A DNA stretch of 64,000 nucleotides from Ancylonema sp. Its lineage: Eukaryota. A program made the position numbers and the translations under genes. The stretch's first letter is position 1. Each line of letters opens with the position of its first letter. Location: NCBI GenBank assembly GCA_050230475.1, contig JBFLGF010000019.1, positions 62,001-126,000 of the forward strand, written 5' to 3'. This document shows positions 27,541-41,162 of the stretch, one piece after another. The notes under the pieces are model-generated. The model saw only the letters and a list, made by a program, of their open reading frames with translations, was not told the DNA's origin and searched no databases.

Positions 27541-28044
27541 TGACATGAGGGTAGTGGTTGTAGGAATATTTGGATAGCCATGCCTTATGCTTGCTAGTCC
27601 AGTTGTGACCGGTTACTCTAACCGGGCATCATATTCCTAGATGTGCTTGTATGCGGGGCCGGGCACGATTGTGTCCGGGCACCTAATTTGTTGTCACGCT
27701 TGATGTCGACACTTAGAGTCGTTATTAGCGGTTGTCATGCTTGACGTGTCTTGATTGGTTTGATGTAGTCATGTCAGGAGTGTCCGACATGTGCCGTTGA
27801 CACATAGATGAGTTGTCACTCAAAGATAGGCCGACGGTCAATTGTACCGACCGTCGGCAGACAACGATCTGTAAAGCGCATCGGGTATTACCATCCCCGA
27901 TGCGATCACAATATTCGTTCCACACACGCAACTTCTGCTTGTCTCGTTGATCATCAGTGATAGAGATTTGCGTTGTTACTTTGCGTACGGTTCGTTTTGT
28001 CGCCCACCAAATCTCCTGCACGTCTAATCACTCAAAAGCTTATA
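27541..28044 (+). mobile_element. Solo LTR of the same Copia family, opposite orientation
   Basis: Reverse complement of 26687-27140, flanked by a GTGG(T) duplication. Confidence 0.9.
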
Positions 28045-31000
28045 GTGGTGATGTTGGTGACCAAGGGTGCAATAATGGTCAACTCCATCTGTCGACTCTT
28101 CTTCTTCTGTCGACGTTGGATTTTGGTTGCGAAGACCTCGACGATTGGAGCCAGGAGGATGCGCAAACTGCTTCTTGCGCGCCGTGTAGATCGCCGGAGT
28201 GTCATGGGTCTCATGATTGGCAATAGGGACGCCTGCCAAACAATGCCCTCCCGTCCGGAAGTCTGGTCGATACATGTATGCTTCGGTCCATTAATGAGGG
28301 TATCCTCCCATCGGACAAATAGAGGAGTTGCCGAGGATGATGTCGAACTCCGTCGATGGTGAGAGATGTAGGTGAAGACGCACTGTGCAAGGGTGAGCAG
28401 TGCCTTCACTCATGGTGATGGGAATCTTTTCCTTGGTGCTCCCCAAACCCAGCTCTATCTTTCTTGACGCCGTGATGTATGGTGCTCCGGGGTGCAGGTC
28501 AGCTGGTGAGAGTCGGAGGAGTTTGGTGAGGTTGGCACCAATCATGGATTCTTTGGCAACAGTGTTTAATACATTCTCTGCTGGTTTCACGTTGCCTACG
28601 AGGAGAACACCTCGTCGGTTAGGCAACATGGTGACGTTGTAATGCTTCGCCAACCGGTTGTGGTGAGCGGGTAAACGGACTGAGTCCTTGAGGAAGGCGG
28701 GGTTGGTGGTACGGGCGTTCGCAAGGTCTTGCATGAGGTTCACCAGATCGGCTGCCTCGTGAAGTGTTGACTCCGTATCTTGAACCATGGCTCATTGCTG
28801 CATCAAAATTTCATGAAGACGATCATGGTGAATCTGAGCTTTAGCCAAGGGTAAGGGTGGTGGCACATCTGAATCATTCATGTGCTGCAAACTGGTAGTA
28901 CCGGGTTCCAATTGCAAAAGAAAATATGGTACGAAAGAATCAGGCATTTTGGTACTGTATCCTTGTAGTCGACCATAATCCATAATCCTCTCCTTTTGTA
29001 GCAACGATGTTCCAACAATGTTCCAGGGTGAGGTGTGGGGTACTCCCCAGGTTCTGCCTTAGCATCTTGGTAAATTCGAGTGCCTGGATTTCTAGTGGAT
29101 GAAGGAGACCGTTCCTTAGTCTGTTGTTCTTCACCGTCACTAGGTGAGCTCTGGTTTTCCGAATGCATGGGGGTGCTAACATCGACAACGACACGTGCAC
29201 CTTTTTTTTTCGTTCCTTTCTGTGTCCTCCCTTGTCTGTGTGCCCCTGTTGGTGACAGTTGTAGCACTCAATCCGCTTGTCAGGTAGAGATCGCGCGAGA
29301 TCTGCGGAGAAGCTGACGTGACGCAGGGAAGTGGATGGAGTCCTCTAGTTAAGCTTGAGCGCTCCAATTGTCGACTGGAGCTGAGGTCTTGCCTCTTTTG
29401 ATGCTCGGTACTCAAAGCCAACTTTGGTGAGGTTGAAATCGAACCTATCATCTTTTAACATGAGATCTTCGACGGAGACAGGTGGTGTCGGCGTCGTCTT
29501 ATATAATTTCTTTTCGGTTTCGTGGATATACCAAATATCAACCAGTTCTCGAACTCCGTCCGGTAAATATTTCTTTAGTTTGACGACCACTTGTTCCGTT
29601 GTCATTGCCTTATTCTGTACCACAATCTGTGCATGTTATTTGAAGCGATTGTACAAAGAGGAGACAGACTCGGTGGCTGACAGGGATTTGAAATTCTGGA
29701 TTTTGGTGATCTGTTTACTGATAGACTGTCGGATTCGGTGTCGTAGTTATTTGCAAAATTGAGTTAGTTCTCTAGTATGTGGTCCGTGTAGAGGTGTCGG
29801 TCGAGCCATAGGTGTGACTAAGAATGTACCTTGTCTTCTACAATAGTACATTTCAGAGTTTCTCTCACGATGGGTGTCACGAGTGGCCATAAGGGTTGCG
29901 TCACCAAGATTGGCCTTTCTAAACTTCTATCAGACATCATGTGCTATGCCCTTGGTGAATTGACCTGCACACTCGATCGTATCCCATTGGACATGTCTCT
30001 TCCGTTCGTTTGAGGTTTTGTATCTAAAATATGACCACAGTGCATCCACATATTCTTCTTGTTTGTCACCGACCTCGCCAGACTACAAGGGTATTTTCTG
30101 TTCAGATATGTCGTATGTACTGTTGTCAAAAACATTGTCCGAGGTGATAGTAAAGGGTACTGTCAGGCTCACAACGACAGGTGTTGTGCGTGTGATGGCC
30201 TCTGCCGTAGGTCTACCTAATTGTATATCGACGTCTACAAGTGCTTCGTCAAATAGACTTATTGGTAAAATTGTTTCGCGTTTCACGGAGGTTATTGTCT
30301 AACTCGGAATTTTCTACGTTCGCCAGAGTAGAATGCAATTGACTGGCGGGTGAGACCTTGATCAAACGGTTGAATTGGTCTCTTGTCCACTGTCCTCGAC
30401 CAGAGTAGGATGCCAATGTCCAAATCTCCTTCGAGGAATTAGAAAAAAAATTCCACTGGTCGAGGATTGTTCTTTTTCAGTAGTCACTACTATGCCAATT
30501 TTTGTGTGGTGAACGCTCAAAGCCACGGTTCTGAGAATATCCAAGGGTGACAGGTCACGGTGCCGGGGTTTTTTTTTTATCATGTTTCGTACCTGTCGAA
30601 GGTTGCAGACCTCGATGTTAAGAACCTCTTACGCTGTTCAGTTTATAGTAGATTGGTGTAGGTTGAGTCCCTACTGACCACACAAGAATGTAATTCAAGC
30701 ACGGTATGTGACTTATCTACGAAGTTTGCCGTAGCTACTACTCGCCGAAAGCTGAGATGCACTCAACGCTTAGTGGTGGGAAGTCTAGAAACAACACTAA
30801 GGTTAGTCAGGCGTTGCAAATTACAACACTTCACAATAGGTGACAGCTACTGGTTAAAAGTACGCAAGGCAAATAGCAATAGAATTTCTACAAGGGTTGC
30901 ATAATGATGGATAGTTGGTTGCGTCAGGATGCGCACTCACTATTGGTTACGATAGTCAAGCGTTGTCGTGAATGAAACGATTCACTAGATCTGGAACGGG

Positions 31001-31560
31001 TGCAGACAATTCAAAGGGTGAATTGTCTGGCTCAGCTCGCACGAAACGGTGCAGCAAATTGTAACGATTTTTGACGTCAGTAAAAGGGCTCACAATCAAT
31101 GACTTGCAAGGGTCGCGATTTTGCAAGGGTAACGATAATTCTGACTACGGCAGAATTTCACACGATACGTATGCAAAACGGCACACGACTTTTTAATTAC
31201 TTGAGATGCAACAGCACGCACAAGCAAACGAGCAATTTCGTAAAACTTACGACTGAATGGAGCGACGCGAAGTTTGCAAAAATTCACCGATAATATCAAA
31301 GGCAAAACGGCACACTTGATAACGATAGTAGACGATTTCAGAATACACGAATTCACAGAGATTGCAACAAAATGACGATTGCAAAGAGTTGTTGAAATTC
31401 AGACAGCGTAAACTGACAGCGGAAGGTGGCAGTTCAGAAAGCGACTTAGGCTTTCGTACAATCGACGCGTCGTTTCACACTTGCGGTAATCTGATCTTGT
31501 CTGGATCTAACGTTGAAAACAAATATTGACTAGACAGCTAATCGTGACTATCTATTCTAG

Positions 31561-34500
31561 AGTTAATTGGATCCACCGATCCGCCATATCTTGATCCAAT
31601 CGGCCCCTCTCATTTTTTGCGACTTTAAATTGGGTGGGTAAGCGGATAGAGGTAGGTGGGGGTTTAGTGTTCCCTGTGTCCAGGCGTCCACGGATGTTTC
31701 GACGAGGGGGGGGTGACGATGTGCCTGATTGGCGAGGGCGTCGAGTAGTCTCCCTGGTTGCTAGACTTGGTTCCCCGGGTAAGCGTGTGAGTTGTAATCG
31801 ATCACGGAGATCGCGAGGCGTCTCTCGAGCGGCCTCTAGACTAGAGCATAGGGGACACAACTGCTAGTGGTATGGCTGTGTACTCTTCAGTTGGGGGTGT
31901 GTCCTCCATCGGTGGGGTTAGAAGTCGAAAAGTCCACGCCCATTTTTCAAAACACTTTACCACTCGCCAGTGTACGTTGTATTCTGAGAATTCCTCGTCG
32001 TCTGACTCGAGTTTTGCGAGGAATGCGTGACTGAAATATATTTCAAAACGAACGGCCATTTCGCGCAGTACGACCGTCGCTGCAGCCTGATTCCGTGACA
32101 GCTCCATGTAGTTGTCGATGAATGCCTGTGCCTGTGCACGGGTTGTTGGTGCTGGGGCGTTGTCGAAATGCAGTCCCTCTGTTGATTGGGCTAGAACCAC
32201 GGGCGCGGGATCGGGTTCGACAGTTTCGATCGGTGTGTCGACCGGAGGAAGTTGCGCGGCTGCTGTTAATGTTGTCAGAGCTTGGGGTAAATTTGTCAAA
32301 AACGGGGGAGTAGAATGTGTGTCAGATTCTGACATGTGAGTGTCTTCTTGAAAATTGATTGATTTAGTTGTTATCCACGGACGAGGCGCAGTTGGGGATG
32401 TTGTAAAGCTTCCCCACACAATGTATGGTTTGTCTAGATCGGGTAAATTGTAATTCACAAATTATGATAATAATGTGTATTGTGGTACCGCGTCATGCAC
32501 CTCATCTGCAGCTTGAGCCGCTTCGCCGGCTTGGCGCTATTGTTCCTCGAGCTCCATAACACGTTGGTCGGTGCAGTCGAAAACCGAAAACGTCGGAGCG
32601 GAGTCAATTAATTCTTTCCACTTAATATGTGGGAATGAATCATCTGCAGGTAACGATTGTAAAGAGGGCAGGGGAATGGGTAGGGTAATGTGCTATCCCG
32701 TTTTAAATTTTCGACATTGTTCGATGGTGTGACCTTCCGCGCCACAGTGTTGGCAACGAGCACCTTTAGTGTATCCAGTAAGTCCGTCCTGTCGTTGACT
32801 TGTTTGGTTTGGAGTTTTCGGTTGACCGTAAGAATCCCCCTAGAATTGTCCCTGAGGTTGTCGTTGTCCGCCACTTTGTCAGTGTGGAGGTCGGTAAGGT
32901 GTAGATTGAGGTTGACCCATCGATGGTTTTGATAACTGGGTGCAGTCCTTTTTGTAATGGCCCGGTTGGTTGCATCCGTAGCAAATAATGCCGGTATCGT
33001 CGGTTTCTTTTCCCATTGCACGATCGTCTTGTCTTGGTGTGTAAGTCGATGTCGGTGGAAAATTTGTTGACGGTGTGAAGGATGGAGAGGGATTTTGTCG
33101 ATTTTGAGGAGTTTGCGCTCGCATTCCGCCTGCGGCGCGAATGTCCGCTTCTTGTTTCGCAAGGTATAATTCACTTTGATTCACTTCCTCCATTATTTTT
33201 TCCCGTGTAAGAGGGTTCCTCCGCGGCGTAGAAAAAAGTCGTTCTTTGTTCTCTTTAAAATACCAATCGTTGATGTGGGTTTGTGAATTCGCCGGGCTTA
33301 AGTGTAGAAAGCGGAGTGCCAATCGTTCGGAAGTCATGGCTCTCGCTTTTTCGACGAAGGTGGCTGCATCATTGTACCGAGTGTAAATCGATGCCACGGT
33401 GTCAGTGGGAGTAATTGTAATGTTGTACATTTTTTTTAAGTATTCCGCCGATGACGTACCTAATCTTTCCTTAATGCGTTGAATGAATTCAACGAGTTCG
33501 TGTGGTTCGTCGAACGTTGGTTTCACTGGGGGCGTGAGTTTTTTGTGCTTCCCTTGCATGCGGTGGTAAATTTTACCACCGTTGTAGCATCAAAACGCGT
33601 ACGCGTTTTGCAAACGCAAAACGTCCAAACGTCAAAACGGCACTTTTAGCCGTACGGACGCAACACCATACGTACGGACGTTCAAACGTCCGTACACGAT
33701 ACGGACGTTTTCCAAACGGCCGTACTATTTTTTTTTAAATATGTATTTTATCTAGTCGTGGAGATGAGTTATTTTTACATTACTTTCATTTTTGATGTAT
33801 CCCTTCGTTTTTTTTTTTTTTTTTTATTTTCCGTTTTCCATTTTTGTATGTCCCGTAGCTTTTGCCTTGCAAGTGTGTATTTTTATATTATTTACCGATT
33901 TTTTTATTCTTTTATTTTCCACCCTTCTTCACCATATATTTTCTTTCAAATTCCATACTTAACATTATGGATTTACATCGATTGATTCTCAACCACAAAA
34001 TGGATTTGCTTGGGAAACAGTGTTCCGATATTACGTAATATCATGATTTTATTCTCCCTACAAAAAAAAACCACTCTACGTTTTTTTTTTTAGCATTGCA
34101 CTATCCTCCTCTCCCATCTCATCCACCCAATCCGCACATAGAGCTTGGGACGCTTCTTGATGAAGACACCGCATAGCCCTACTCCTTGCTTCTCCCACTA
34201 AAGCAAGTATGCCTTTCTTCGAGTTCCGGGGGAGGCAAAAGTACGCTTTCAAATATTACAGGTTGCTTTCCTATTTCCAGCTCTACTAAGAGGTGGTCCC
34301 AAAACGTATAGTTCGTTCAAAAGCTCTTCAAAAGGTAATTTTGGCGGATCTTCTTCAAGAACAACATTTGGTTGATTCTCCGCGTCGGACATGGTGGCAT
34401 CTCACACGCCGTGTGACTCTCATGGAAGTATTTTCAGATTTGATAAGTGACAACGGCCTATGTCGCAATTTTTTGATAGTTGGTTTTTGTACAAGCTTGC

Positions 34501-37500
34501 TTCCACCGCCATAGTTTGCACTTGTAGAGGATGGTTCGAGAACCGAGCATGTCGAATATGCCTTCTATGCCTTCTAATTGGTAGAGGTATCCTTACCTTA
34601 TCATTTTGAGCTTGGTGGCATTTTTATCCACATGCGAAACCTCGTAGTAAGGTTCCGCATCTCTTGTCAATGACGTACCCCAATCCCCCAACCTCCGTCC
34701 GATAAACCCAGCCATTTTTTCGAGGCCGGGCCCGGATCCGCAATTTTGAGAGGTACAAAAAAATTTCGAAGTACAATTTCGGCCGTATGGGCGTATGGCA
34801 AACGCCGTATGGCCCGATTTTTCCCGTTTGCATGCTACTATGTGGTAAGACATGTCCGCGTAGTAATCTCGCCACATGTCCCGAATGTCGGACACTTGGG
34901 AGTCGCCGGTGTTTTCTTCCATGAATTGTTGCCATTCACGTTGTGCCTCGCCCTTGCAACAGGCGCCGAGACTTTGGACGAGGTACATTTATGTGTATCC
35001 GGACCGCTTGTCCCTTTTTAGAATTGCGTGATGACTTTGCACGGCGTTGATAAATTCATCTTGGACTGTACTAAGAGCTCCATGGTAGGGTGTAATAGGG
35101 GGTAAACTCGTCATGCCGTCACCACACCCTCCAATGCGATTGTGAGGTTTAGGTACGGAAGTGCCATCCGGCGGATCAGGATTTGCCGGTGGCGGTGAGT
35201 TGTTCGGTGTTTGTTTGTAAGGATTCGGTGATAAACACGGAGAGCTCGAAGGTGACAATCCAGGCGTCGACCCAGGAGATGATAACGGAGGTGGAGGTGG
35301 TGTAGCTACTCGTGATGGTGAGCCAACCACTCTCGGTTGTCGCGGTGGTGCTACGGATCGACCTCGTGGAGATGAAATACGAGTGCACGGAGCACTATGT
35401 CGTCGAGGGAGTTCCACTACCGGTGGTAAGTTCTTTACTTAAATGTTGACTCTTGGAGGCGACTCCAAGTTTGTAGGTCGGAAGTCTGCTGCTTCCGGAG
35501 AAATGTTTCGAAAGATATCCAAGTTAATGTTTGGGACATCCAAGTCGATGTTCCTGAAACTATCGGAGTCACTATCGCCAAAAATGTATTTAGGGAGTGT
35601 AAAATATTGTGTAGGAAGTCGACCTAACGTTCCTATTGCTCCTTGGCCCTCCAGATTTGCCACTTTTTCGAGTCGACCTTCTATTCTATACCACGGCATA
35701 TACGTGTGGAGCGATCAACACTGCCAACAAGTTGACTAAAACGAGGTAATGAAGATTAGCAGGGTCGAATGAAATGTACAGAAATTGATAACTTGTATGT
35801 AGATTTGTACTCAAACGCAGCTTCACTAGATCTGTCGATGACTTGAATCGATCGATTTGTAATGTACTTCCCCTCCTAAGTTGATTTAGGTAGGTCCCAG
35901 TAGCTTTGTAAAGTAAATTTTCTTGCAGAAATCAACGAGTTCGATGCAGAAGTTGTACTCCTCCACTCGTTGATCTTGCGCTCCTTTTACAATTTCTTGA
36001 ATTAACAATTTCAGTTGAACCGGAAAATTGATTATTCAAAAGTGCAATGTGAGAGCTCAAATTTGAATTAGATGAGTTGAGTTTGCAAGCAATTTTTTTG
36101 TATAGAAGCGTGTAAGAACTTGTGATCAAGGTGTGGTGTCACAAGCCCACGCGTTCGATACGCAGTAAGTAAGGGTTATGACACCACGTGGTATCCCCAG
36201 ATAGGCGTGGTAAGTCTTTGAGCCGTGGGGCTATCGTTGAGGGGGAAAGAGACTAAATCTCAATTGTATCCTTTTATAGGAAGTTGTGGTGGGCACTAGG
36301 TCCTCACAGGGGATAGAGACGGAGCTCAATGTAAGCGAACCACTGGTGACCAAGTAAAATACTCCGATAGGGAGTAGTAAATGTAGTCGAGCAATGTCCT
36401 TTTCAGGAGCACTTCCAAATTACAAAGACTGGTGTAAGGCACCTTCCAAGTGAACGGGTCACCCGAGGGGAGTGTGATAAATCACGGGGTAAAGTTAACA
36501 ATCTCTCTTATGTTAAGAGATTGGGGAGAGTGCAACCCGAAGATGATACACAGTGTAAGATTCAAACCGGATAGAATACTGGAAAAAGAAGTTTGTAAAC
36601 CCTGCCTCACTGCTGCAAAAACACTCCGTGGAGTGGTCAAACAAGTTAGTAAGGTTTGACCCTCGTTGGTTTGCAAGTTACGGATTGGCACCGTCTACGC
36701 AATTCCAACGAGCTGGCAAGTCTCAAGGTTACGACTCTGAGGCACGGCTTTTCCTTCGGACTGCCGAAATTTCCGATCCAATCAGACAAGCTTTTGTTTT
36801 GGTACGTAATAGTGGGTGACCGTTGAAATGTCGTACCGTGTAAAAATATTCTTTGACCCGCAAGAGGATCGTACCGTGTAATAAATTGGGTGGATGTGAC
36901 AACAGTGAATCGTAACTTTGTCAGATGCCAGCTGCAAAATTCGATAGAAAACAATGCAAGTGGGCACTTAAGTGCCCAGTATATGATGCAAATCTATAGA
37001 ATCCTAACACCAACAAAGAATGCTGGATGTCTAAGATGCCAGATAAAATCAACACATATTTTATTTTATTTTTGTAAGTTTTGAATCTAGGCAATTTGAC
37101 AAGTTCACAAATTTTACACATTTCAAAGATTTCACACAATTCTGAGCGATGACACGTAGATCAAAGCAAAGTTCACATAAAAGTTGCTCACGAACAATTT
37201 CTACCCCTAGTTGCAATAGCGCGCTGCGCTGAAAGCACACAAGATTGACAGCAGGAAAAAAAAAAAAAAACAATTTCAGTTATTTACCATGAAATTGTCG
37301 TCGACGCGGAACTTTTGGTCGCCTTGTAAGTGTAGAATCCTCGGAAAGTTGATGGCTAGAGGCCTTTTCGCTGAATCTAAGGAGCGGCAGGAACGACGAC
37401 GACGACGACAACGACGGCAGGAACGGTAACTTGACTCGTCACTCTCTCGTTGCGGGCAAGCAGACAATGCTATCGACACTATGAGGATTCTAAAAGAGTG

Positions 37501-37625
37501 TGAAGCAATACAATAACTAAGTAAGAACACTAGAGCTATCGGTCGGCGATCAGCTATCTATGTGTAAGTTTTAGCTGCTTGTAATCTGCAGCAAAGGACT
37601 TTGAGTTTGCAAACTGAGCGTGGCT
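31561..37625 (-). mobile_element. Second Gypsy-like element: partial 5' LTR (37625-36121), gag (~35700-32880) and a downstream ORF of unknown function (31841-32458). No RT or integrase.
   Basis: 37422-37625 matches 47700-47895 inverted. LTR ends ...GATCACA. Zinc knuckle CYGCNQPGHYKKDC. gag frame MSYH|RMQGK is split by an insertion. Confidence 0.7.
33571..34841. mobile_element. Non-autonomous hAT-like element inserted in gag
   Basis: Imperfect TIRs (TTGTAGCATCAAAACG versus reverse complement TAGTAGCATGCAAACG), CCGTA/AAACG subterminal repeats, GTGGTAA duplicated at the flanks. Removing it restores the gag frame. Confidence 0.75.
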
Positions 37626-39338
37626 CTGGATCCTCCACCTCCTTTCACAGTATAACCGCATGAGTAGACGACTCTTAATTCACCAACCATCCTCGTCGAA
37701 TTAATGTGTTCTTGAGACATCCGAAGGCCGTCTCGGCAAAGTCTCTAGAGGGAACAAAGGCATGCCCTAAATACAACCTAATGTGGTTAATTCTATCCAT
37801 TCACACTATTCAATCCTTTTATAGACCATATAATACATTCAATGTACTTGGTTAATGTGATCCATTCATTGCATGTACTATAACATGTGAAGGTCTTTTC
37901 CGTAGGAAGGATATCATGTCTATGCTTACCCACAACTCCTACCTCTTACCCGCCCTCCCGTTCGTCCAAAGGCAGGGTTTGGAAACTTATGGTGAGGGTG
38001 GGGTGGGGTGGGCGACGACTCAACTAGTATAGAGTCGTCGCTCGATATTACGATCGTCGGTACATCATCCACCTCGGTCTCACCACAATTTGTATGAACT
38101 TCATCATCCTTATACTAAATTTCCCTAGATATAAGAATCACGACATTCCAATAGGTAAAAAAACGACGTCATTTTGTAAAAAATGTTACATCGCGTTAAA
38201 TCATGTATGTTTTGTAAAATCGCGGAGATGACAAAACATAAAAAAAAAAAACACACACACATAAAAAAACTTGACGAACCACACTCCCATATTTGAATCG
38301 AAGAATTATATCAAAAGAATCCGTCCTGGACTGAGAGGATATGCGAAGGCCGCGGTGACAAGGTTACCACATTTTGTTTCGGTAACACCCGAGTGCGATG
38401 TCATATACATTTTAGAGCCTCAACGCCTTCCAAAGAAACTTGCGAGAACGAAAGTGATGAAGATGCGGGAGGCATACTAGTGTAACTAGTTTCTTCATGC
38501 GGAATAGGAATATGAATTATCTTGCATGTGTGGACGTAGTAAATTTCAAAAATGTAATTCAAGTCCATTCATATGCTAGTAAATCACGCCTGTTGCATTT
38601 CCATGGTTGCAATGTCGCTAACACTTGAGCGTAGCTAGTTGATGCATACTACAATCTTCAATACGAAGGATTACTTTCTTCTCATGTGAAAGTTCGAGTA
38701 TGTGCTTTGGCGTGTGTTGGGGTCCTCGTGTACTTGTATAACACATTTCACAAAGCACACATGACATTTATGATGAACACCAAGAAAATTTATTTTACTT
38801 GACATATATCGAGCACAAGTGGGTGTTTACGCTTCCTCATATCCTCTTTCTCTCAATGAAGCGACATCTATATCAAATTTTGGGGCCAAAGCCGTCACAC
38901 ATTCTTGAGAAAACCTCGAATTGCGATAAAACACTCCCAATTGTTTTTATGTCGTTAAGCACTTTGACAAACATTCATTGCGAATATTTCTTACTTCAAT
39001 CTTATTTCGAGAAACGCAAAAGATAAAAAAAGGAAGAAAGTCTATTGCAACGACGCTTCTTCTATCGAATTTTCTTACGTCGAGGTTTGAGTTGTATCGA
39101 CGGACTTGAACCAACCCGTCGAATTCATAGTTGGCTCCGACCCGCAAATCCCGCCTCAAGTTCCGCCCTTGACGAGCCCGCCCCTGGCGACGCTCCGAGC
39201 GGATTTTTTTCCGCCCGAGGCGGAGCCATAGAGGTTTTTGAGGTTTTCTTAAAAAAGGATATGAAGACCACGTAGATCATGTTCGTTATAAAAAAAATCA
39301 AATCCGACTAGTATTCGAGATGTTATAGCATGAAGTAC

Positions 39339-39680
39339 GTCCGCTAGCGGACGCGTCCGCGACGTCCGGGTCCGCAAAGAGTTCGGGTACTTAGGGGTCA
39401 ACCGAATCAAAAAGTGGCCGGACGACGGAGATATTTGTGTTCTTCCGGTCGTGATATCCCACAACCTATAGGCTACCGGTCAATTTTAGGACGTGATCTA
39501 ACCGTCCATACTACATACATTCTAGCGAAAAAAAATAAGGACGGGGTCTACGGGCGGTGAGGAACATAAATTAAAAACTCCTACAAATCCTCAAGTACCC
39601 GGACGTCCACCGGGGATTGGCGGACGCGTCCGGAAGGCGTCCGCTAGCGGACGCGTCCGCGACGTCCGCGTCCGCAAAGC
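39339..39680. repeat. Dispersed direct repeats of GTCCGCTAGCGGACGCGTCCGCGACGTCCG, probably subterminal repeats of a DNA transposon
   Basis: Near-identical ~40-bp copies at ~39339 and ~39639, each internally palindromic. Confidence 0.6.
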
Positions 39681-39829
39681 ATCCAGGTACTACTAAGTCT
39701 TCTTTGACTGTCAAAACGGGAAAAAGGGCAAAAGTTAGTCTCCTATAGCGAAGAGTTTCTTGTTACAAATTAAGTATGTATCGATGCAACCGGGTGGCCT
39801 TCCCAAGTAACAACGTAGCGGGGCGGGGC

Positions 39830-40886
39830 GGGGGTGTGCCGGGAGCTCCGAGCCCAATGAGCCCAGAGCTCACAAAATCCAGGCTCATTATGCCCGGAGC
39901 CCAAATCCGGATCCGGATCCGAGCCTTAATTTCTTGAGCCCGGATCTGAGCCCGGATGTGGGAGCGAATCCCGGCTCCGAGTCCAAAACCACCAGATCTC
40001 AGCTTGGCTCTTCGATCGAATCCGGGCTCCGAGCCCACAATCAAGGAAACTTCGAAAGAAAGGGGGAAATGTAGAGTCAAAACCATAGATGTCTTTGAAG
40101 TGCGCGTCCCGCACGTGTTCCGCATGCGTGCGCTCGTGCACGCGTGCCGCACGCGTTCGCAAAACTCGCGCACGGTGCTGACCCATAGGCGTTTAAAATT
40201 ATATTATTATTACCCGGGGGGGGGGGGGTACTTCCTACACCCCAGGGGTGCTGGGATGTTTCCAAATTCATGAAATGTATTTGGTGAACTAGGGTTGTTT
40301 TTCTTCTTTTGTTTCGTTAGGTTGGTACAATAACGTTGGTGTTGTACTCAGATGGGGTTCCCATCGTGCTTTAATAAAATGCGTCTCTTTCAATATGGTG
40401 ACCCGGTTACAACGTGGCAGTATTCAATTCAGGGCCTAAGACGTTATATCGAACTACTTTCACTATAAAATGGTTAGTACTCAGTACTTCAAATTTCGAC
40501 GTCCAAACATCGAGTAGGGAAATTGTCCCGGTACGGCACGCGTGCGCAAATCTTGCGCACGGTGCTGACCCATCTATGGTCAAAACTGTATAAAATAATT
40601 ATGTCGGGACAATAAACAGAAAAATAATTAGACGGGTTATAAATTAATCGATAAGATGATTAACACGTCAGAGGTTGGGTAATGACTTGAAATCCATGCC
40701 CAAAATTCCTCCCTTTTTTAATATATATTTTACATGAGTTGGGCTCCGATCCAAGCCGGATCCGAGCTCGGATCTTGGACTCCGGGCTCGAATCTTGGCT
40801 CAGGCTCCGAGCCACGATCTTGAGATCGGCTCTTTCCGAGCCCGGAGCCCATCGAGTTTGGCTGGGGCTCCACGAACACTTCTCCA
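39830..40886. mobile_element. Degenerate non-autonomous DNA transposon with GAGCCC/GGGCTC subterminal arrays
   Basis: GC-rich motif arrays at both ends (39840-40040 and 40740-40870), degenerate inverted ends. Same family as 6165-6335. No clear TSD. Confidence 0.5.
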
Positions 40887-41162
40887 TAGGGTTGGAAGCG
40901 ACAAACTACAAGTTTCCCGTATCCACGCTATCAACGCTTGTGGTGGGCGGAGTGTCCACGGTGGATCCACGATACAACCTTTGAGACGTCGTTAGAACGG
41001 CGGGCGCGGGACGTGACCTTCCTCCCCGGCTGCCAAAACCTCCGGCCTCCTGCGTCTGGTAGCAATAATAGTTATCACCATCATGCCCTCTTCGCTCGTG
41101 GAAGGAGCTACTGACTAAGGTGGCTCGTTACGCTTGACTGTATCTTTCTCTGCAGCCGTGAA

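Larger units (their letters stand above)
17350..31560 (-). mobile_element. Gypsy-like element: 5' LTR (~31560-30351), gag (~29930-29200), aspartic protease (28788-28290), Pro-rich linker, C5-methyltransferase-like domain. Interrupted by a Copia and a solo LTR, and truncated before any RT.
   Basis: LTR is homologous to 46130-47045 and ends ...GGTCTCA (inverse of the TGAGA start of that family). Zinc knuckle CYNCHQQGH, protease FDIILGN, 685-aa ORF 18223-20280. Linker sequence resumes on each side of the TSD-bounded insertions. Confidence 0.75.

Noticed and set aside
28990..29045. LTLEHCWNIV resembles the PIF/Harbinger NAM-associated motif
   Set aside because: Short isolated match inside the gag-protease linker, with no TIRs or transposase nearby.
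38012..38041. Hairpin with a ~10-bp stem (GCGACGACTC...GAGTCGTCGC) as a Helitron end or terminator
   Set aside because: No CTRR end at the expected distance, and the context is eukaryotic.
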